This document shows, piece by piece, positions 55,960-64,000 of a DNA stretch of 64,000 nucleotides. Position numbers and translations under genes: made by a program. This DNA comes from Eledone cirrhosa (Eukaryota), in the NCBI GenBank assembly GCA_964016885.1, contig CAXHJY010000257.1:62001-126000 (forward strand). Reading direction: 5' to 3'. Under the pieces are notes generated by a model, which saw nothing but the letters and a program-made list of their open reading frames with translations, ran no database searches and was not told the origin of the DNA. Positions within the stretch are counted from its first letter, which is position 1, and each line of letters opens with the position of its first letter.

Positions 55960-58900
55960 TTGAGTCTTGTAAGACATCCTCTCTAGTGCTGGTGGTACAA
56001 ATAAAAGCACCCAGTCCATGCTGTAAAGTGGCGCTGGTGTTAGGAAGGGCATCCAACCAGTGTATCAATGCCAAAACGCTTATCAGCACAGCAACAAATG
56101 GGAACAACAACAAAATATGAAGACGTCGCATCTCAGAGTTGCAACACTTAATGTTGGCACTCTCAGAGGTAGATCTGCTGAAATAGCGGAGATGCAGGAG
56201 AGAAGGCAGGTGGATGTGTGCTGCGTGCAAGAGGTGAGATGGAGAGGTGCCTCTGCGAGACTAGTCGTAGGCAAGCATCTGAGCTATAAGCTATTCTGGG
56301 TAGGTAAGGATGATGGGCTAGGGGGAGTAGGCATTTTCCTGGCTGAGAAATGGATCAATAAGACAATAGAGGTAGTTCGAGTTAGTAATTGAATAATTAA
56401 GCCTAGATTAGTTGTAGGTAGGAGACTACTGACAATCATCTCGGTCTATGCTCTCCAAGCAGGCCTAGGCAAAGATGAGAAAGACTGCTTTTATGAGCAA
56501 CTTTTGCAAACAACCACAATGACAGAGGACGGAGACATCGTTATGCTAGCAGGAGACTTCAATGGTCATGTTGGACAGCTCCAGGATGGTTACACTGGGG
56601 TACATGGTGGGCGCGGTTACGGTTCAAGAAATGAAGAAGGAGTGAGACTTCTTGAATTTTGTGATGCGAGTACATTGACTATTTGCAACGCAAACTTCCA
56701 GAAACCTGCCAATCACCTAATAACCTACAAATCTGGTGAGCACATAAGCCAGATTGACTTCTTGCTAGTTAGGCAGCGGGACAGGCAGATAGTGTCTAAT
56801 ACCAAGGCATACCCTGGGGAAGAATGTACCCCACAGCATAGGTTAGTTGTTAGTGATATCTCAGTAAGCAAGAGATGGAATGAGACATATAGGAAGGTGT
56901 GGAGAAGAAAGGTCTGGAAGCTAAAAGACCTTTCACTAAAATTCAAATTTAGGAAAGCCCTTCAAGATGTATATGACGAAAAAGAAGACGATTTAGAGAC
57001 GTATGACATAGATAATAACTGGAATTTCTTACGTGACAACTTACTGCAGACTACTGATGAAACCTGTGGCTGGAGCAGAGCTCCAACCAGACAGAGAGTG
57101 ACCTGGTGGTGGAACAGCACAGTAGATAAGGCTATTAGAGACAAAAGACTAGCATGGAAGGCTTGGAAAAAGGGTGGGAGTAGGGAAGAATATACAGCCA
57201 CTAAGAGAGAAGCTAGACGTCAGGTGTACTTAGCACGCAGGGAGGCAGAGAGTAGGAGGTTTGCCAATGTTCTGCGACGGGAAGATCAGAGGTGTGCGGT
57301 GTTCCACATTGCAAGGCAGTGTGTCAATGCAAATCAGGATGTTGTTGGAGATAAATGTGTCCGGGATGATGCCGGTGTACTTAGTGTCACGAATGATCAG
57401 AAAAAGGAGGCCTGGAAATGTCATTATGAGAGACTGATGAATGTGGAGAACGAATGGGAGAGAGAGAAATTACCCTTGGTAGATCCGACAGAGGGACCAG
57501 CTATTGAGATTGACGAATATAGGGTCCAAGGGGGGATTATGGAAATGAAAAATGGTAAGGCGGCCGGACCATCGGGAATAGTTGCTGAGATGCTGAAGGC
57601 ATCAGGGGACGTAGGCACTAAACTGGTTGCACGCATCATCAATCAGGCTATATATGGTGGTGTCATACCCAAAGACTAGTGCAGCAGTATTCTCATAAAT
57701 TGCTACAAAGGTAAAGGGGATGCTTTGGAGAGGAGCAATTATAGGAGTATAAAACTGATAGATCAGGTTATGAAAGTGGCAGAAAGGATTTTAGCACAAC
57801 TAATTAGAGAAAGGGTCAAACTAGATGAGATGCAGTTTGGTTTTGTGCCTGGGAAGAGTACAACAGATGCCCTCTTCTTGGTGAGACAAATGCAAGAGAG
57901 GTTCTTAGAGAAGAATAAGCCACTATACTTAGCCTTTGTTGACCTAGAGAAGGCCTTTGATAGGGTACCCCGATCTGTCATCTGGTGGTCCCTAAGGAAG
58001 CTAGGTGTTGAGGAATGGCTTGTGAGGACAGTGCAAACTTTGTACAGAGGTACTCTCAGTAAAGTCAGGGTAGGAATGGAGTTTAGTGAGGAATTCCAGA
58101 TACAAGTAGGAGTACATCAGGGTTCGGTCCTCAGCCCGCTCTTGTTCATTCTAGTCCTCCAAGCCATAACAGAGGAGTTTAAGACTGGCTGTCCATGGGA
58201 ACTTCTCTATGCTGACGATTTGGTTCTTATAGCAGAATCAGTAGAGGAGCTAGAGAATAAATTCTGGCTATGGAAACAGCAGTTGGAAGCAAGAGGACTG
58301 AGAGTGAATCTAGCTAAGACAAAAGTGTTGATGAGTAGAAAAGAGGACAAAACCCTGATTCCGTCAGGGAAATGGCCATGTTCGATATGCAGAAAAGGAA
58401 CTGGCATAAATTCTATAAAATGCACACAATGCAGATCCTGGGTACACAAGAGATGTAGCGGGATAGCAGGCAAACTAACAGGTAGGGAGAAATATGTATG
58501 CAGTAGATGTACAGGGAAATTAGACAGTAGAAGTTGCACTGATAGACACTATAGAAGTGGTGGATAGCTTCCGGTACCTAGGAGATCAGATTAGCATGGG
58601 AGGAGGGTGTTCCGAGGCCATAGTATCTAGAATAAGGACGGGTTGGAAGAAGTTTAGGGAGCTGCTTCCTCTGTTGACGAAGAAGGGTTTCTCCCTGCGT
58701 ACGAAAGGCCGGTTGTATGATGCCTGTGTGAGGAGCGCGATGCAGCATGGTAGTGAGACATGGGCAGCAACCGCAGAGGATATGCGACAGCTGGAGAGAA
58801 ATGAGGCAAGCATGCTCCGTTGGATGTGCAGTGTAAATGTGCGTGAACGACCCAGCATAAATGTGTTGAGAGAGAAACTGTGTCCGAGAGGGATAGAATG

Positions 58901-59186
58901 TAGTGTACGGGAGAGGAGACTGAGGTGGTATGGACATGTGATGCGCATAGAGGATGACCGATGGGTGAAGAAGTGCCAGAAAATGCCAGTTGAAGGAAGA
59001 CGTGGTAGAGGTAGTCCACGAAAAATATGGGCGGAGGTGGTGAGAACAGACCTCAGATCATTGAAGCCCACAGTGGAGCTGACGAGGGACCATGACGAGT
59101 GGAGAGATGCTGTGCTGAATAAGACCCGTCCCACCCTTGCAAGCAGGGAAAAGTGGACGTAAAATGATGATGATGATGATGATGAT
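55960..59186 (+). mobile_element. RTE-clade LINE, family RTE-2, near full-length but decayed (stops ~56390 and 57677; frameshift ~58550)
   Basis: VATLNVGTL, VQEVRW, GDFNGHVG, YADDL, PHD insert (CSIC..CTQC..WVHKRC..CSRC), (GAT)n tail. Confidence 0.92.
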
Positions 59187-60765
<1,579 letters not shown>

Positions 60766-60917
60766 TAAGGCTTAGAATACTGGAGCGTGTTGGAGTTAAA
60801 CACCCTCTTCGTATTATAGAAATGACAGTAAAAGGTATAGCTCAATGCAGTTAAACAGAGCCAAAAAATTAAGAGAGTAAAACAAAGAATCCTTTAATAC
60901 ATCAAAAGTTTTTATTA

Positions 60918-60955
60918 GCCGACAATGTTTCGTTCTATTAAGGACTCATCAGGGC
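60918..60955 (-). ncRNA. Minimal type I hammerhead in an orphan pLTR-like fragment (~60766-61200)
   Basis: GCC-CTGATGA-GTCCT TAAT AGAAC-GAAAC ATT GTC-GGC. Confidence 0.8.
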
Positions 60956-61721
60956 AATCAAAACAACAAGAAGTAATATCGGCAGATACAAGCCGGAAGC
61001 TCCGAAGAATATGGAGTGTACATACACTAAAGTCTTGCAAAAATATATAATAATAAAAATAAAATAAAAATAATAAAAATATATAATAAGAATAACTAAG
61101 GATGTATATAACATTAAGAACCATATTACAAATATAGTCCAAAGCAACTAACCTAAAGCTAAACAAATGTGGTTATATAGAGCAGGAATTATATATAACA
61201 CAATGTAATATAACATAATACATTATAATAATATACCTTTACCAACATTAAAATTACAATTAAAAATCAAAAGGTACAATATATACATGTATATATGTGC
61301 GCACACACACACACACACACAACAATACGCACATCTATGTTCAACTACACAAATTAAGCCTTATTAGAAGTTTGAATATAAAAATAAGCATGATAAGAGT
61401 GAAAACAATACCAATACATCTACCCAATATACATGAGGCAATAATATGATATAATTACAAGAGACACATAATAAATAATAAACAATAAAATTATATAATT
61501 CAATATAATATAATAAATAGATAATCCCCGGTTAATTTACAGAAACAATATAGATGTCACAATAAAATATAATGATAATATGTTAACAGTGTACTAACAT
61601 TTACAATAAACAATATATACAAATCGATTCATACTGGGTTACAGAGTAAATGAGGAAAAATAAATTATATAATACTCAAAAAAACACTATGATGGTACAG
61701 AAAAAATTATGATGGTACAGA

Positions 61722-61915
61722 AAAAAATATACAGACATCTTACATGATATGTAAAGTCTAAATATCATAATGTTACATATAATGAACAGTAAGTAATAAG
61801 GATCAATATTACAATATTACAAAAATACAGACATCTTACATGATATATAAAGTTTAAATATCCTAATGTTACATATAATGAACAGTAAGTAATAAGGATC
61901 AATATTACAATACAA
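61722..61915. repeat. ~95-bp tandem duplication in AT-rich DNA
   Basis: ACAGACATCTT..CATGATAT..AATAAGGATCAATATTACAATA occurs twice. Confidence 0.85.
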
Positions 61916-62426
61916 TATAATATAATATATTATAAATTGACATAAAATAATATATAAATACTTATAATTACAAGGTTAGTAGACAGACATATGTGGATGT
62001 GTAAGTAAAGCCAGACAGTGAATAGTAAATAGAATATAGAATAAAATAAATAAATATAATCAACCGGAAATTACAAAACAAAAGCAAATATATACACATT
62101 TAGGCCTCACATGCGGTTAAGAAGTTAGGTAAACACTAAGGAAAACAATCACTTTAATTGACTCAAAACCCTATTTGATAAATTAATATTAAAAATATCA
62201 AAACTATCCAATAAGGTAGTATAATATTAGCTGTAGTTTAAGTCATTAAAGTTTATAAACTTTAATGTTTCGTTACAAATGTTTACAAAAAGGAATGAAA
62301 TTTTTTACTATCATATACATAACGATATCTAAAAAACTGACTTAAGTAGATTTAAGGTAAGCTAATGGGGACAGAAGGTTGTCTTTTTTTCCGGGTATGT
62401 CTATATTTATTTATAAAACAAATCTG

Positions 62427-62492
62427 TATTTTATCTGATGAAAGCGCACCATAATTTGCCTTGGTGGCCCTTGAAATATGTATAATAAAATA
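62427..62492 (+). ncRNA. Minimal hammerhead, relative of the 7790/8028 family
   Basis: TATTTTAT-CTGATGA-stem II-GAAA-TATGT-ATA-ATAAAATA; downstream ATATGGTTTTATAAATATAGTTTCCATTTATT shared with 8095-8137. Confidence 0.7.
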
Positions 62493-62659
62493 AATATGGT
62501 TTTATAAATATAGTTTCCATTTATTAATATATTGTATATATATATATATATATATGTGTGTGTATACATATAATTAAATAAACATATATAAATATACACA
62601 CAAACACGTATATAGCGCACGCACACACATACACACATGTATATGTATATATGTATGTA

Positions 62660-63860
62660 TATGGTAGAACTAGAGAAGAAATTCCAAACTTGGAAGCAGG
62701 GACTAGAAAGCAAGGGTCTCAAAGTCAACCTGACAAAGACTAGGGTCCTTGTAAGTAGACGAGAAAACAGAACCCAGATCCCCTCAGCGAAATAGCCTTG
62801 CTCAGTATGTAGGAAAGGTGTAGGTAGGAACTACATTCTCTGCTCCAATGCAAACAATGGGTACACAAGAAATGTAGCGGGATCTCAGGAAGCTTAACTA
62901 AGAATGTAGGCTTCACATGCAGCAGCTATGCTGGGACAGCAAGCATCAAACAGCCACAGGAAACAAGCACCATCAAACTGTGGGAGGGCTCGGTATAAAC
63001 AGTAGGCAGCTTCTGCTACCTAGGTGACCGAATTAGCAGCGGAGGTGGGTGTTCGGAAAGTACAATAGCTAGGGTAAGAACAGAATGGAAGAAGTTCAGG
63101 GAGCCACTGCTAGCTGCAAAAGGCTTTTCCCTCAAAATGTAAGGCAGACTGTATGATGCGTGTATACGAACAACAATGTTACATGGTAGTGAGACCTGGG
63201 CGCTGTCTGAGGAAGACTTGCGTAGATTAGAAAGAAACGAAGCCTGGATGCTCCGATGGATGTGTAATGGTAATATACGCGAACAGCGAAGCATAAATGA
63301 ATAGGGAGAGAGACTGAGCATAAGAGGAATCAAATGCTGTGTGCAGGAGAGGAGGTTGCGTTGGTATGGACATGTGATGAGTATGAAGGATGACAGCTGC
63401 ATAAAAAGGTGCGGAGCACTAGAAGTCGATGGAAGCCGTGGAGTGGGGGGACCCAAGAAGACCTGGGATGAGGTGATAAAAGCCGACCTTATCCAATTAC
63501 ACCTCTTAAAGGCAATGACACATGACCGTGACCTCTGGCGTCACGCAGTAATACAGAAGATCCGACACCCCAACGGGTACAAGCCGAAGCTGAAGCATAT
63601 AGACAATATGCCCCCACACCCTCCCACTGCAAAGTGGTCGTGGAGGTGCCACGGCAAAAAAGCACCCAGCACTCACTGTAAATGAGGTTGGTGTTAGGAA
63701 GGGCATCCAGCTGTAAAAATCAAGCCAGAATCAGTTCCCGTATGAGCAAGACAAGGTCAGCCGACCGTACACTGCCCACAACAGGACAACCTGTCTAACC
63801 CATGCTAGCGTGGAAGAACGGATGTAAAATGGTGATGATAATGATGATGATGATGATGAT
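62660..63860 (+). mobile_element. RTE-clade LINE, family RTE-3, decayed 3' fragment
   Basis: [21 protein letters not shown]...[11 protein letters not shown] with multiple stops; (GAT)n tail. Confidence 0.9.
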
Positions 63861-63871
63861 GTGTATATGTA

Positions 63872-63902
<31 letters not shown>

Positions 63903-63915
63903 GTATATATGTATG

Positions 63916-63950
<35 letters not shown>

Positions 63951-64000
63951 GTCTGTTAGGTCACCAGTTGGTGCTACTGGTAACGTATTCCAGTACAACC
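63951..64000 (+). mobile_element. 5' end of the element at 121-726 (opposite orientation), running off the window
   Basis: GTTAGGTCACCAGTTGGTGCTACTGGTAAC..CCAGTACAACC matches the reverse complement of 679-726. Confidence 0.85.

Overview
This is eukaryotic, transposon-saturated DNA with no host gene visible. The SINE families and (TA)n/TATG arrays resemble an octopus/cephalopod genome (inference). About a quarter of the window is kilobase-long (TA)n microsatellite interrupted by G or C on one strand only; all long Y/I/M/C/V ORFs are artefacts of these arrays. The arrays contain: four copies of one RTE-clade LINE (one with an intact ORF, PHD finger inserted in the RT); two diverged RTE families; an internally deleted RTE; a CR1-like LINE; tRNA-derived SINEs; and four coding Penelope-like elements (PLEs) plus several orphan pseudo-LTR (pLTR) fragments. 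Main observations: (1) a tandem Neptune-like PLE whose ORF1 overlaps the RT-GIY-YIG ORF at a U_UUU_UUA slippery heptamer, suggesting gag-pol-like -1 frameshifting; (2) 16 minimal hammerhead ribozyme motifs in 9 sequence types, including a CAGAAGA core variant; (3) a 609-bp non-coding hammerhead unit with terminal redundancy, like a retrozyme or circRNA copy; (4) a conserved RTE module found in the 5'UTR, the 3'UTR and inside a SINE; (5) strand-polarised TA arrays whose polarity flips near 14 kb. All calls were made by eye, with no database searches.
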